Shown piece after piece: positions 41,985 through 53,060 of a stretch of DNA of 64,000 nucleotides. Source of the DNA: an uncultured delta proteobacterium (GTDB lineage Bacteria > Desulfobacterota > Desulfomonilia > UBA1062). Under the pieces are notes generated by a model, which saw only the letters and a program-made list of their open reading frames with translations, had not been told where the DNA came from and ran no database searches. The first letter of the stretch is position 1. Each line of letters opens with the position of its first letter. Both the position numbers and the translations under genes were made by a program. Location: the NCBI GenBank assembly GCA_963785235.1, contig CAWAUM010000009.1:340-64339 (forward strand), written 5' to 3'.

Positions 41985-43013
41985 ATGAAGATTCGATGCC
42001 CGAAATGCTCAAAAGAATACATAATCCCTGATGAACGCCTTCAAGGAATAACGCAGAGTGTAACCATACCCTGCCCCAACTGCAAAGGTTCTATTATCCT
42101 GAAACCCAATAAGCAAAGTCAGACCCCGGCAGATAAGGACAAAGATCAGGGATCAACCCCGGATATCACCCCTTCCGACAGCGCAGACCTCAAAAAACGA
42201 ATATTAGGAACATTGAAAGACCTGCCACCCATGCCTCAGGTGGCCCAGAAGGCACGGCAGGTGATCGATAACCCGGCGTCGAGCTTCTCTGATCTCGCCA
42301 AGGTCATCGAGACTGATCAGGCCATTGTCACGCGTATCCTGAAGATCGCCAACTCCCCGTACTATGGCCTTTCGGGAAAGGTGTCTTCAGTGCAGCACGC
42401 TTCGGTTGTGCTGGGTGTAAAGACCCTCATGGAGATCCTCAATCTCGCATGCTCCTCCGAGATCCTCGGAAAGACATTGACCGGTTATGACCTTGATGCC
42501 GGCGAGCTATGGGCGCATTCCCTGGCCGTTGCAGCCGGATCCCAGATCATTGCGCGCAAGGCGAACCCTTCTCTGGAGCAGGATGCCTTCTCAGCCGGGT
42601 TGATCCACGATGCAGGCAAGATCATCCTCGACCCTTATATCCAAGAGCGCAAAGAAACCTTCAAGGCCTTTGTGAATGAAGGCAAGGAGTCCTTCCTTGA
42701 TGCTGAAAAGAGCCTCCTCGGCTTCGATCATGCCGAGCTTGCTTCAGATGCCTGCGAGCAGTGGCATATCCCGGCACAGATTGCATTTGCCATCAGACAT
42801 CACCATGACCCCACCCCATCCAAGGGCGATATTCTCTCTTTCATAGTGCATATGGCCGATGCCATTGCAATGATGAGCGGTATCGGCTCAGGCATAGACG
42901 GGATGCTGTATCATATGCACAAAGATGCCATGACCATATTAAGGCTCAACACGGATGATATGACTGCAATCATGGGCCAGATAGCCGAATACGTGGATAA
43001 GACTACCCAGTGA
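41985..43013 (+). CDS. zinc-ribbon + HDOD domain signalling protein
   Basis: MKIRCPKCSKEY...CPNCKG, then an HDOD pattern LPPMPQVAQKARQVIDNP...LAKVIETDQAIVTRILKIANSPYYG...HDAGKI. Confidence 0.7.
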   Translation: MKIRCPKCSKEYIIPDERLQGITQSVTIPCPNCKGSIILKPNKQSQTPADKDKDQGSTPDITPSDSADLKKRILGTLKDLPPMPQVAQKARQVIDNPASSFSDLAKVIETDQAIVTRILKIANSPYYGLSGKVSSVQHASVVLGVKTLMEILNLACSSEILGKTLTGYDLDAGELWAHSLAVAAGSQIIARKANPSLEQDAFSAGLIHDAGKIILDPYIQERKETFKAFVNEGKESFLDAEKSLLGFDHAELASDACEQWHIPAQIAFAIRHHHDPTPSKGDILSFIVHMADAIAMMSGIGSGIDGMLYHMHKDAMTILRLNTDDMTAIMGQIAEYVDKTTQ

Positions 43014-43097
43014 GCAGGAAATATCTATTTTCCAGAGACCTGTATCCAACACGTAAGACATATAATCACATCATACACCTGGCAGTGAGGAGAACTC

Positions 43098-43974
43098 ATG
43101 CCGGCCTTTGAACCGATTTCGCTTTCCAGGCAGCAAGAATATCTCATGATCATGAATGCTTCAACGGTGACGGCATCCGACTACAGCTTCATCAATCTGT
43201 GGGCATGGGCAGAAGAATATGGCCTTTCCTGGGCATGGGACGACGGACTCGTATGGATAAAACAGTCCAGACATGAGCCTTGTCTGTGGGCCCCAATCGG
43301 ACCTTGGGATGGTGTTTCATGGCCCGGAGTATTCAATAACCCAGAAGTATCTGAGCTTCCCTTTACCCGGGTCCCTGAAGACCTCCTTTTCCAATGGGAT
43401 TGCAACGTTGCCCGGCAGGGTGCAGGTAGAAGAGGCCCGGGAACTGTGGGACTACCTCTATGCCGTATCCGAACTCGTGGACCTTTCAGGCAGCAAGTTC
43501 CATCGCAAGAAGAACCTGTTAAACAAGTTCAAGAAGAGGTACCCCTTCTTGTATCATGACATCACCCCATCTCACATACACACGGTCCTTGCAATGCAGG
43601 AAGAATGGTGTGTCTGGCGGGACTGCGAGTCTACTGAAATGCTGGCTGCTGAAAACCGCTGCATCAGGCGGGTGCTGGAGGCCTGGGAAGATCTGTCAGG
43701 CATAAAGGGTGCGATCATTTCTGTCGATGACAGGCCTGCAGCATTCACGGTTGCAGAGGTGTTCAGGGAAGATTCGCTGCTCATCCACTTCGAAAAAGGC
43801 CTTCATGATTATTCCGGCATATATCAGGCCATCAACCAGATGTTTCTTGAACATAACAACTCGTATTCCCTGGTGAACAGGGAGCAGGACCTGGGTGATG
43901 AGGGCCTGCGCCAGGCCAAGCTTTCCTACAACCCTACAGGCTTTGTCAGGAAGTTCCGGGTGAGGATAACCTGA
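43098..43974 (+). CDS. DUF2156 (lysyl-PG-synthase C-terminal-like) domain protein; one frame break as sequenced
   Basis: ASDYSFINLWAWAEEYGLSWAW..., then (frame +1 from ~43400) GSKFHRKKNLLNKFKKRY...AFTVAEVF...NREQDLGDEGLRQAKLSYNP. Confidence 0.55.
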
Positions 43975-43979
43975 AACAG

Positions 43980-45125
43980 GTGAGATCAGTTCAGAGTCAC
44001 ATTCGGCATTCTATCATTGCAGGTGTTGTTCTTTGCACACTCCTCGCATGGTTCCCCGGCCCTGGCCAGGCAGGCCAGAAAGCCGAAGGGCAGGGCTTCC
44101 ACATCGATGTCCGGCACTGGGAAGAGGCGGAGAATCTCTTCAGGAGCGATCCCTGCTGGCTGGGTGGTGACGGGGCGTCATCAATCGATCTGGGCGCTCG
44201 AAAATCGCTGTGGCTCTTCGGCGACAGCTTCATCAGCACAAAGGGCTCTCCTTCAAGGCGCTCTGCCGTGATGGTGAGGAACAGCATCGCGCTCCAGTCG
44301 GGCCGGAACCCGGCAAAGGCATCCATGAGATTTGCCTGGAAGACAGCCGATGGCATTCCTGCATCCTTTTTTCCTGAAGAGGGCGATGCATGGTTCTGGC
44401 CGGGCTCAGGGATACTGTATAAGAAGGCGTTGATCATGTTCCTGGTAAAGGTCCGTGTATCGGAGTCCGAACTCGGGTTCACCCCTGACGGGTGGAAGGC
44501 CGTATCAGTCACTGATCCGGGTAAAGACCCGCTCGCCTGGAAACTCCACGATCTTACCTGTCCGGCCACCGGGGATATCCTCGCCGGATCGTCCAGCATA
44601 CTCATCAGGGACGGATTCCTCTATGCCTTCAGCACAAGCTGGAAGGATAATTCGGCCTATCTCCTCAGGTGGCCTCTTAAGGATGTTTCCAGGGGCGTCC
44701 TTTCAAGGCCCCAGTGGTGGATGGGAGCAGCGTCCGGATGGATGGATGCAAAGCCTGCGGACGTCAAGCCCGTACCGGTCTTCAAAGCCGCCCAGGTGGA
44801 GTTTACGGTTCACTATGAACCGCGCATCAAGGGTTATCTGCAGGTCCAGACACTGAGTCTCCTGGAACCCTGTCTGGCCGTTCGTTCTTCCGCCGGCTTG
44901 CAGGGCCGTGGTCCGACTCTGCGTGCATCTACCAGCCTCCTGAAAAGAAAAGCCCCGGACTGCTGTTGTATGCAGGCAAGGCGCACAAGGCCTTCATTGG
45001 TGCGGATCTGACCTTTACCTATGCCGTAAACACCACTGGACAAGGACAGGATCTTCGATGATATGGGCATCTACTACCCCAAAGTGCTCAAGGGAAAGAT
45101 TACCCGGAAAAGGCCATGCCCATGA
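43980..45125 (+). CDS. exported DUF4185-like protein; two frame breaks as sequenced
   Basis: Signal-like N-terminus and KSLWLFGDSFIS. The frame leaves at ~44850 (ESPGTLSGRSFFRRLAGPWSDSACIYQPPEKK...) and returns at ~45040 (DRIFDDMGIYYPKVLKGKITRKRPCP*). Confidence 0.45.
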
Positions 45126-46165
45126 CAGGCCTCTCAGAGGTTCCATCCACCCTTCTCAAGGCAATGACATCCATGGAAAAGGCCATGAGAAGACTCCACC
45201 CCCTTGCCATCCCTGCGCTCAAGGAACAGCTCCTTGCACATGAAGAACCCCTCAAGACAGTACGGCATATCCTCATGACTCAAGACAGCCCTGCCTCGGA
45301 TGCGCATACCCGGCAGGTCTTCACACGTGCCTACACACTCATTGAGGATTCCATCAGGCTCTTCGGCACAGGCGACGATGCCACCCAGACCTTCATGTCT
45401 GTTCTGAAGGCCATGAGAAAGCATTGCCAGGCCCAGGAAGCGCTCTTTGATCTCTGCGATGGCTTTCCCCGGATCAACCGGTACTTCCTCGAAGGGGAAC
45501 CGGTCCCGGAGCAGTACCACTCCAGCCCGGCAAAACCCGGCTATTTCACTCCACCGGCGACCAGGAACCATATGCCCGTGGCGGGTACTCCCTCTTTGTG
45601 CCGGAATCCTACGAGCCCTGATCATCCCTTGCCGCTGGTTGTGGCACTGCACGGGGGCTATGGCCACGGCAGGGACTTTCTCTGGACCTGGCTGCGTGAG
45701 GCCCGAAGCAGAGGTTTTATCCTCATGGCCCCGTCCTCCATAGGAAGGACCTGGTCAATTGCGGATATACCCATGGATGCACGGCAGTTGATCCGGCATG
45801 TGGAAGAGGTATGCTCCCGCTTCACGATTGATGCAAACCGCATACTCCTGACCGGCATGTCCGACGGCGGGACCTTTGCCCTGGGCTTCGGGTTTCAGGG
45901 GGACTGCCCGGCAAAGGCCATTGCGCCGGTATCCTGCGTGCTGCCGCCTGTCAACCTCGGTCTTGCGGGAGACAGGCGTATCTACTGGGTGCATGGCGCA
46001 CAGGACTGGATGTTCCCGGTGGGCCGGGCCGTAACGGCATGCAAGGAGATTTCTTCAGCAGGCGCGGACGTGAGGCTCAAGATCGTGCCGGACCTCTCCC
46101 ATGCCTACCCGCGCGAGGAGAACGATGCTATCCTCAGGTGGTTTGACCCTGCGCTTGCCTTGTGA
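45116..46165 (+). CDS. alpha/beta hydrolase (esterase / PHB-depolymerase-like)
   Basis: PLPLVVALHGGYGHG, the nucleophile elbow LLTGMSDGG, and C-terminal VHGAQDWMFP...LSHAY. About 30 codons (45530-45615) look out of frame; see finding. Confidence 0.65.
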   Translation: MPMTGLSEVPSTLLKAMTSMEKAMRRLHPLAIPALKEQLLAHEEPLKTVRHILMTQDSPASDAHTRQVFTRAYTLIEDSIRLFGTGDDATQTFMSVLKAMRKHCQAQEALFDLCDGFPRINRYFLEGEPVPEQYHSSPAKPGYFTPPATRNHMPVAGTPSLCRNPTSPDHPLPLVVALHGGYGHGRDFLWTWLREARSRGFILMAPSSIGRTWSIADIPMDARQLIRHVEEVCSRFTIDANRILLTGMSDGGTFALGFGFQGDCPAKAIAPVSCVLPPVNLGLAGDRRIYWVHGAQDWMFPVGRAVTACKEISSAGADVRLKIVPDLSHAYPREENDAILRWFDPALAL

Positions 46166-46170
46166 AAGCA

Positions 46171-46398
46171 ACCTGGTAGAAACTTGGCGTTTAAGAAGCG
46201 TAAAAACCTTTTCCGTTCAAAACCTTTATCTTGCAGCCCATGAGGACAGCAGATTTTATCAGTCCTTCAGGGCTGCAAGATAAAGGTTTTGAACGGACCT
46301 ATTAAAAAAAAGCAATACCATGGTCGTAATGAGTTCTCTACTTAAGGCCACCTGAAGCGCATAGAGCATTATAGGTACATTCAATTGCAAAATCCGGC
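46171..46398 (+). repeat. hairpin-MITE family, full copy
   Basis: Hairpin 46212-46299 with box CCTTTAT/ATAAAGG. The right arm is ...CCATGGTCGTAATGAGTTCTCTACTTAAGGCCACCTGAAGCGCA...GGTACATTCAATTGCAAAATCCGG. Starts 6 nt after the esterase stop. Confidence 0.85.
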
Positions 46399-46458
46399 AT
46401 ACATGGTATCATCCATATCCTTGTCTCTAATGCTTAAGCCATGAGGGAATGACAGGTT

Positions 46459-46953
46459 ATGAAACAACCCACAAAGATTAAATTTTTCGCCGTGGGCGGC
46501 ACCATCGACAAGGTGTACTTCGATCGCCTGAGCACCTACAAGGTGGGTGAGCCGGGCGTGGCCGATATCCTCAGGGAAGCCAATGTGGGCTTCGAATACG
46601 ACTGCGAGTCCATCCTGCGCAAGGACAGCCTGAACATGACCGAGAAGGACAGGCAGCTTGTGTTTGATCGTGTGGCGGCAGAGGAGACCAGGCACATCGT
46701 CATCACCCACGGCACGGACACCATGGTCAAGACCGCGAAAAAGCTCAAAGGTATTCATGACAAAGTCATCGTGCTGACCGGCGCCATGCAGCCTGCCCTG
46801 TTCAAGCTGAGTGATGCCGGATTTAACATCGGTGCTGCTGTGGCCGCCGTCCAGCTCCTGCCGGATGGCGTCTATATTGTCATGAATGGTTGCGCCTTCG
46901 ATCCTGACCGGGTGAAGAAGAACCGGAAGCTGCACCGCTTCGAGGAGAAGTAG
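46459..46953 (+). CDS. asparaginase-domain protein (short form, 164 aa)
   Basis: KFFAVGGTIDK (Thr nucleophile context), IVITHGTDTM and VLTGAM. Confidence 0.65.
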   Translation: MKQPTKIKFFAVGGTIDKVYFDRLSTYKVGEPGVADILREANVGFEYDCESILRKDSLNMTEKDRQLVFDRVAAEETRHIVITHGTDTMVKTAKKLKGIHDKVIVLTGAMQPALFKLSDAGFNIGAAVAAVQLLPDGVYIVMNGCAFDPDRVKKNRKLHRFEEK

Positions 46954-46957
46954 ATAC

Positions 46958-47599
46958 GTGCTGGCCTTCATCACCATCATGGCCACTTCCTTTGTCATTG
47001 CCTTTTCGGGTGCGGCCATGCCCGGCCCCTTGATGAGCGTCACCATAAGCGAGAGCGTGAAAAGGGGTTTTATCACAGGGCCGCTGCTCGTCCTGGGACA
47101 TGCGATCCTCGAACTTGGCCTGGTGCTCCTGCTCATGTACGGCCTGGCGCCTTTTCTCAAACAGGACTGGGTCTTTGCGGCAATTGCCATCATCGGCGGG
47201 GTCATGCTGGGCATCATGGGCACCGGGATGCTCCGGTCCATTCCATCTTTGAGTATCCATGCGGATATGCCAAAGACACAGGGGTCTCACCTTGTTCTTG
47301 CCGGGATGCTCATCAGCATTTCGAGCCCTTACTGGAGCCTGTGGTGGGCAACCATAGGGCTCGGATATGTCCTGTTCAGTGCGCAATATGGGGTCCTGGG
47401 GATTGTTTTTTTCTTCATCGGACACTGCCTGGGGGATCTTGTCTGGTACAGCGCCATATCACTGGCAATGGCCAGGGGGAGGCGATTCCTGAGTGACAGA
47501 CACTACCGGGCACTCATCGGCACCTGCGGGGTCTTCCTGCTTCTGCTTGCGGTCTATTTTACCTGCAGCGGCATAACAAAAGTCTTTTCACTGGTATAA
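46958..47599 (+). CDS. LysE/RhtB family amino-acid exporter
   Basis: The N-terminal AMPGPLMSVTISESV plus ~6 TM helices is typical of LysE. GTG start. Confidence 0.7.
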   Translation: MLAFITIMATSFVIAFSGAAMPGPLMSVTISESVKRGFITGPLLVLGHAILELGLVLLLMYGLAPFLKQDWVFAAIAIIGGVMLGIMGTGMLRSIPSLSIHADMPKTQGSHLVLAGMLISISSPYWSLWWATIGLGYVLFSAQYGVLGIVFFFIGHCLGDLVWYSAISLAMARGRRFLSDRHYRALIGTCGVFLLLLAVYFTCSGITKVFSLV

Positions 47600-47647
47600 C
47601 TGAAAGACTCATGCCAGCAAAAGTTTATCATGGCAAGAAAAGATTGA

Positions 47648-47698
47648 ACCGTAAAAATGTGTTGAGTTCCTCCGAGGAACTCAGCACATTTTTACGGT
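47648..47698. repeat. 23-25-bp hairpin related to the base of the hairpin-MITE stem (terminator-like)
   Basis: ACCGTAAAAATGTGTTGAGTTCC tccga GGAACTCAGCACATTTTTACGGT (one G-U). It shares the ACCGT..AAAA / TTTT..ACGGT base with 51078-51128 and lies 49 nt after the lysE-like stop. Confidence 0.7.
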
Positions 47699-47713
47699 CT
47701 AAGAAGACCAGGT

Positions 47714-48438
47714 ATGCATTCTATACAAGGGAGGGATGGTATGGTGATGAATAATGGCATGAAGAGGCCATTCATCCCTGCAGGCATAATCGGCATCTGT
47801 GTGATCATAACCAGCATAATCCTGCTCGTAATATTTCCAGGCCGCGGCCCGAAACTTCCTGAGGGCTTCATCACCCCCATCATCGCCTTCGAGTTCATCC
47901 AGACCCCTCAGGAGGTAATGGACCTGTTCGGCCAGACAGGATCACGCTGGAGAGCAGGATCTGATCAGGGCCATGAACCTGGGCAACCGGATCGATTTCC
48001 TTTACATGGGACTCTATACCGCCTTCCTGTTCGTGTTCTGTCAGAGGGCGGCATTTATCACAGGAAGAAAGGGTTACTACCTGGGGTGCTTCCTGGCACC
48101 CGTGATACTTGCAGGTGATTTCCTTGAAAATCTCCAGCTCCTGGGCATAACCTCCCGGCTCGGCAGTGGCGGTTTCGAGCATCAGCTTGCCCTGCTCAAG
48201 GTCTTTACCTGGCAGAAATGGGGAGGGATTACCCTGATCTTCCTTGATCCTGCTGCCTTTTTTTCTCAAGGGCGGCATCCTGTCGAGGGTCATTGCAGCA
48301 TGCTCTGCAGTAGCTGCGTGCTTATGCGTCGCAGCATTTTTTCATCCAGGCATGGCAAACGAACTATTTTCCCTGTCCGTGGCAGTTGTTTTTCTGCTCA
48401 TGATTTCTTATTCTTTTCTCTATCAACATTCTCAGTAG
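47714..48438 (+). CDS. integral membrane protein, unknown function; two frame breaks as sequenced
   Basis: Hydrophobic segments continue across three frames: 47714-~47945, 47973-~48245, and 48244-48438 ending ...LMISYSFLYQHSQ*. Confidence 0.45.
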
Positions 48439-48515
48439 CTCTTCATGAAGGCAGCCGGAGATCACTGACAATGACAGGGAAGAATCGACCCCAGTCCAAA
48501 GAGAGGAGACAAGGC

Positions 48516-49420
48516 ATGAAAGACAAGGCCATGGTCATGGCATCCTTTGCCGCAGACTCACTGGCTCTCGGTGCCCACTGGATCTATTCAACCGATAAGA
48601 TTGCCCGGGATTTCGGCCGCATCGAGACCTTTCTGGCCCCTGACCCCGACTCCTACCATGCAACGAAGAAAAAAGGTGAATTCACCCATTATGGCGACCA
48701 GGCCTTTGTGCTCCTGGAGTCTCTCGCTGCCCGGGGCGGTTTTGATCCGGAAAATTTCTCAAGGCTCTGGCAGCAGCTCTTTGCCGGATATAAGGGCTAC
48801 TATGACCAGGCCACCAAGGCCACCCTTGAGAACCTCTCTTTAGGTAAGACTTTCCTTGAAGCCGGTTCATCCTCCAACGACCTCTCCGGCGCTGTGCGCA
48901 TAGCACCCCTGGTTTACTGCCTTGACCAGGATGAGGAGGGACCTCGTCCTGGCTGCAAGGACCCAGACGGACATGACCCATAGAGACAGCCTGAGCGTTG
49001 ATGCAAGCGGATTTTTCGCCCGCGTGGCATACCGGGTGCTGCATGGAATGAGCCCGGTATCCGCCATTGAGGAGGTGAGCAGCGCCTTTTTTAAAGGCTC
49101 GCGGCTTCAATTGTGGGCGGAAAAAGGGCATTGAATCGTGCTCGGGAGAGAGCGTGCAGGCCATCAAGGCCTTTGGCCAGGACTGCCATACCCCGGATGC
49201 CTTCCCCAGTGTCATTCATCTTATCTGCCGGTATGAAACCGACCTGAAGGAGGCCCTGGTCCAGAACGTTATGGCCGGCGGTGACTCTGCCGCACGGGGC
49301 ATGGCCGTGGGGATGATCCTTGGCGCACACCTGGGCATGGAGGCAATACCCGCCGAGTGGATAAAAGGATTGAAGAAGGGACCTGAGATCGAGAGACTCC
49401 TGGGCAGGATACACGGATGA
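48516..49420 (+). CDS. ADP-ribosylglycohydrolase family protein; two frame breaks as sequenced
   Basis: RBS GAGAGGAGA then MKDKAMVMASFAADSLALGAHWIY. Then THRDSLSVDASGFFARVAYRVL, then GGDSAARGMAVGMILGAHLG...IPAEW, in three frames. Confidence 0.65.
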
Positions 49421-49438
49421 TCCATGTGGCTTTGGATT

Positions 49439-49665
49439 AACCCGGGTTTTGCGTTTGAAGACGCGTAAAAACCTGATCCGTTCAAATCAGTCATCTTGCA
49501 GCCTTTGCGGAAGGCTCATTATCTCGGTTCTTTAAGGCTGCAAGATGACTGATTTGAACGGACCTATTTTTAAAAACAATTCCATGGTCACTAATAGTGT
49601 TATGCTTACAACCACCAGAGATAAATGGGGCAATTATGGGTACATCTAAACGCAAAATCCGGCAT
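49439..49665 (+). repeat. hairpin-MITE family, full copy
   Basis: AACCCGGGTTTTGCGTTTGAAG ... CTAAACGCAAAATCCGGCAT. Hairpin 49475-49564 with box CAGTCAT/ATGACTG and a compensated CAAAT/ATTTG. Ends 11 nt before the MATE start codon. Confidence 0.85.
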
Positions 49666-49675
49666 CAATAACATT

Positions 49676-51020
49676 ATGGCTCAATCCCTCCATCTTACCA
49701 CCGACCCCATCCCAAAACTCATCCGTGCCATCTCCATTCCCGCGAGCATCGGCTTCTTCTTCAACACCATGTTCAACGTGGTGGACACCTATTTTGCCGG
49801 CCTCATCTCCACCCAGGCCCTGGCGGCACTGTCCCTTTCGTTCCCGGTATTCTTCATCATCATCTCGTTCGGTTCGGGCATCTCCACCGGGACTACCGCC
49901 TTGATTGCAACGGCCATAGGGGCCAGGGATATGCCCAGGGCAAAGATATTCGCCATCCAGGGCGTCGCCTTCGGGGTGCTGCTGTCAGTGGCGATCACCG
50001 CCGTCGGCATCCTGGCCTCCCCGTGGCTGTTTTCCCTGCTGGGTGCAGCAGGACCATACCTTGACATGTGCCTGGTCTACATGAACACCATCTTCCTGGG
50101 CTCGGTCTTCTTCATCATGAATTTCATGCTGAACGCCATCCTCAATGCACTGGGTGACACCCGCTCGTTCAGGAATTTTCTCATAGCCGGATGCCTCCTC
50201 AACATGGCGCTCGATCCGTGGTTCATCTACGGAGGCCTTGGGGTGCCTGCCATGGGGGTCATGGGCGTTGCATTGGCAACGGTGTTCATACAGGCGCTCG
50301 GCAGCATCTACCTGGGGTATAAGGTATCGCTCACCGAGCTTGCATGCGACAGGTGTTTCAGCGAGATCATCCCCAGGGTCGATGCCTTCCGGGAGATCTT
50401 CAAACAGGGGTTCCCCACGAGCCTGAATTCCATATCCGTGGGTATCGGGATATTCGTGATCACCTACTTTATCAGTCATCTTCGGCAAGGAGGCTATAGC
50501 GGCCTACGGGGTTGCGACCAGGGTGGAGCAGATCATCCTTATGCCCACCATCGGCCTGAGCGTCGCAACAGTCACCATGGTGGCCCAGAACAGCGGGGCG
50601 CGGTTGTACGGCAGGATCTTCGAGACGGTCCAGACCGCCCTGAAGTATGGCGGCATATTCATGGCCTTCGGCACCCTGGCACTTCTCGTGTTCGCAGGAC
50701 CACTCATGAGTCTGTTCAGCACAGACGCTCAGGTGATTGCCATCGGGACCCTTTACTTGCGCATTTCTGCATTTATCCTCTATGCCTATGTGGTGCTTTA
50801 CGTGAACGTTTCCGCGCTCCAGGGTGTGAAGAGACCCGCATACGGCCTGTATATCGGCATTGTCCGGCAGATAGCCCTGCCCGTGGTGATCTTTCCCTTC
50901 TTTTCGAAACTTCTGGGCATGGGGCTTACAGGCATCTGGATAGGTATCTTTGTCATCAACTGGGGTGCTGCGGTCTTCACGTTCTTCTATGCGCGGACCT
51001 ATCTGAAGCGGCTGGCTTAA
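49676..51020 (+). CDS. MATE family efflux transporter; one frame break as sequenced
   Basis: IPASIGFFFNTMFNVVDTYFAG and 12-TM-like hydrophobicity. From ~50475 the sensible sequence (FGKEAIAAYGVATRVEQIILMPTIG...) is in the frame of ORF 50523..51020. Confidence 0.8.
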
Positions 51021-51077
51021 TATTATGAGACCACTGTAGAACCTTCCAAGCATTTTGTTGCGATATCAAAAAACCTT

Positions 51078-51128
51078 ACCGTTCAAAACATGCATCTCGG
51101 TGAAGCCGAGATGCATGTTTTGAACGGT
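51078..51128. repeat. minimal member of the hairpin family; also a plausible terminator of the MATE gene
   Basis: ACCGTTCAAAA-CATGCAT-CTCGG tgaag CCGAG-ATGCATG-TTTTGAACGGT is a perfect 23-bp stem, followed by CCAATTTTTGGTTTT. Confidence 0.8.
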
Positions 51129-51299
51129 CCAATTTTTGGTTTTCATCTCAGAGATTTAAGGTTATGCAAGGGTCTTATATATCACCTTCGCTATCGCCTC
51201 TTTGATTGCATCATGACATCCTGACCAAAATACGCTATATCACAGGAGCAGCCACGAACCCAAAGGTTGCGTTATTTTCATAAAGAGCAGGAGGAAACA

Positions 51300-52059
51300 A
51301 TGCTGAACGAGAAGATCGAAGACGGAATCATCATCGCGACGTTCGAAAACGGAAAGACGAATTCCCTTACTCTGGATATGCTCAGGGGACTGAGGGGCAA
51401 TGGTGAAGAGGGCCAATGAGGATTATGCTATCAAGGGTATTATCCTCACAGGCGCAGGCAGGACATTCTGCAGCGGGTTCGACCTCCCCATGTTCATGGG
51501 GTTCAAGGATATCAAAGAGGTCGGTGACTTCTTTGACGAAGTTGAAGAAATCCTTGTGGAGCTTTTCATGTGCCATAAACCGGTTGTCTCTGCCATAAAC
51601 GGGCATGCCATTGCAGGCGGGCTCATCTTTGCCATGGCAAGCGACTACCGTATCGTCAAGAACCACCCCAAGATCACCATCGGCATGTCCGAGATCAAGC
51701 TGGGTCTGGCGCTTACCATAGCCCAGTCCGAGATCATGAGGTTCGGGTATGACACGAACAAGAAGTTCCGCGACCTCATGTACTTCGGCAGGATGTTCGA
51801 TATCAACGCTGCCAAGGAATATGACATCGTGGATGAGATCGTGGAAGAGGCGGACCTCATCCCCAGGGCAAAGAAGATCGTTTCAAAGTGGATAGACAAC
51901 CCGGGCAGGGCATTCATAAAGCTCAAGGAAGGCCTGAAGAAACCCACTGCGGACAGGATCAGAAAGAGACTTGCAGAAGAGGACTGGAAGCCGGGCTTCC
52001 AATGCTTCTTTGACAAGGACGTAAGAGGGGCCATCGAGTTCGTGATGGCCATGATGTAA
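51300..52059 (+). CDS. enoyl-CoA hydratase/isomerase family protein; one frame break as sequenced
   Basis: RBS AGGAGGA then MLNEKIEDGIIIATFENGKTNSLTLDMLRGL. The frame shifts at ~51395 to ...AIKGIILTGAGRTFCSGFDL...AINGHAIAGG. Confidence 0.75.
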
Positions 52060-52129
52060 GTATTTCCCGGGGGGGTGCCCCGGGGCATCATGCCGGGTGC
52101 CCTTTTTAGGGCCCCGGCATTTCATACTC

Positions 52130-52555
52130 ATGATACGGATCAACAGTTACCTTACCATTGAAGAAGACGACCTCCGCTGGGACTTTGTCCGTTCAGGCGG
52201 GCCCGGCGGCCAGAACGTCAACAAGGTGGCAACCGCAGTCCAGCTCAGGTTCGATGTCACGGGCTGCGCATCCCTGCCCCAGGAAATCAAGGAGCGCCTG
52301 AAGCGGCTTGCAGGCAAACGCATGACCACAGAGGGCGTGCTCATCATCAAGGCCCAGCGCTTCAGGTCCCAGGAACGCAACCGCACCGATGCGCTTGAGC
52401 GCCTGCAGGAGATCATTGCACAGGCTGCCAGTAAACCCAGGCACAGGATCAGGACACGGCCCAGCGCATCGTCGCGGATAGCGCGCCTGGAATCGAAGCA
52501 CAAGATGGCTGCAAAAAAGGGCATGCGTCATACCGTGGTGCATGAGGATTCATAA
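52130..52555 (+). CDS. arfB: alternative ribosome-rescue factor ArfB (peptidyl-tRNA hydrolase, GGQ)
   Basis: RSGGPGGQNVNKVATAVQLRFD and a basic C-terminal tail. ~141 aa. Confidence 0.85.
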   Translation: MIRINSYLTIEEDDLRWDFVRSGGPGGQNVNKVATAVQLRFDVTGCASLPQEIKERLKRLAGKRMTTEGVLIIKAQRFRSQERNRTDALERLQEIIAQAASKPRHRIRTRPSASSRIARLESKHKMAAKKGMRHTVVHEDS

Positions 52556-53060
52556 GTTTAATCATGACTCCAGGACATTGAGATCGTCCAGGCAGGGCCG
52601 GCAGATGCCGGAACTCGCCTCTTCCATCATGCTGGAAGTGGCCGAGTGGCTCAAAGGGCAGGGGCAGACCCTCTGGTTCCCCGAAGAGCTCACACCGGAA
52701 AAACTCATGGGCCATATCCATGCGGGTGAGCTTTACCTGGTGATGATGCAGGGCAGCCCGGTGGGCACCGTGATCTTCCAGCTCCATGACAAGACCTTCT
52801 GGCCCGACATGCCCGAAGGTGATGCCGCCTATATCCACAAGGTTATTTTGAGAAGGTCGGTGGCAGGGAAGGGCCTGGGCGTGCAGATCATTGCCTGGGC
52901 AAAAGAAAAGGCCCGCAGCATAGGCATGGCATATCTGAGGCTCGACACCGAGGCTGCCCGGACAAAGCTCTGCGAACTCTACGAGTCAGCGGGGTTCACC
53001 CGCCACAGCTTCCGGCAGGTGGGAAGGCATTATGTCATAAGATATGAGATGAGGGTTTGA
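52542..53060 (+). CDS. GNAT family N-acetyltransferase
   Basis: RRSVAGKGLGVQIIAWAKEKARSIGMAYLRLDT...LYESAGF. The start is possibly the Met at 52605. Confidence 0.7.
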   Translation: MRIHKFNHDSRTLRSSRQGRQMPELASSIMLEVAEWLKGQGQTLWFPEELTPEKLMGHIHAGELYLVMMQGSPVGTVIFQLHDKTFWPDMPEGDAAYIHKVILRRSVAGKGLGVQIIAWAKEKARSIGMAYLRLDTEAARTKLCELYESAGFTRHSFRQVGRHYVIRYEMRV

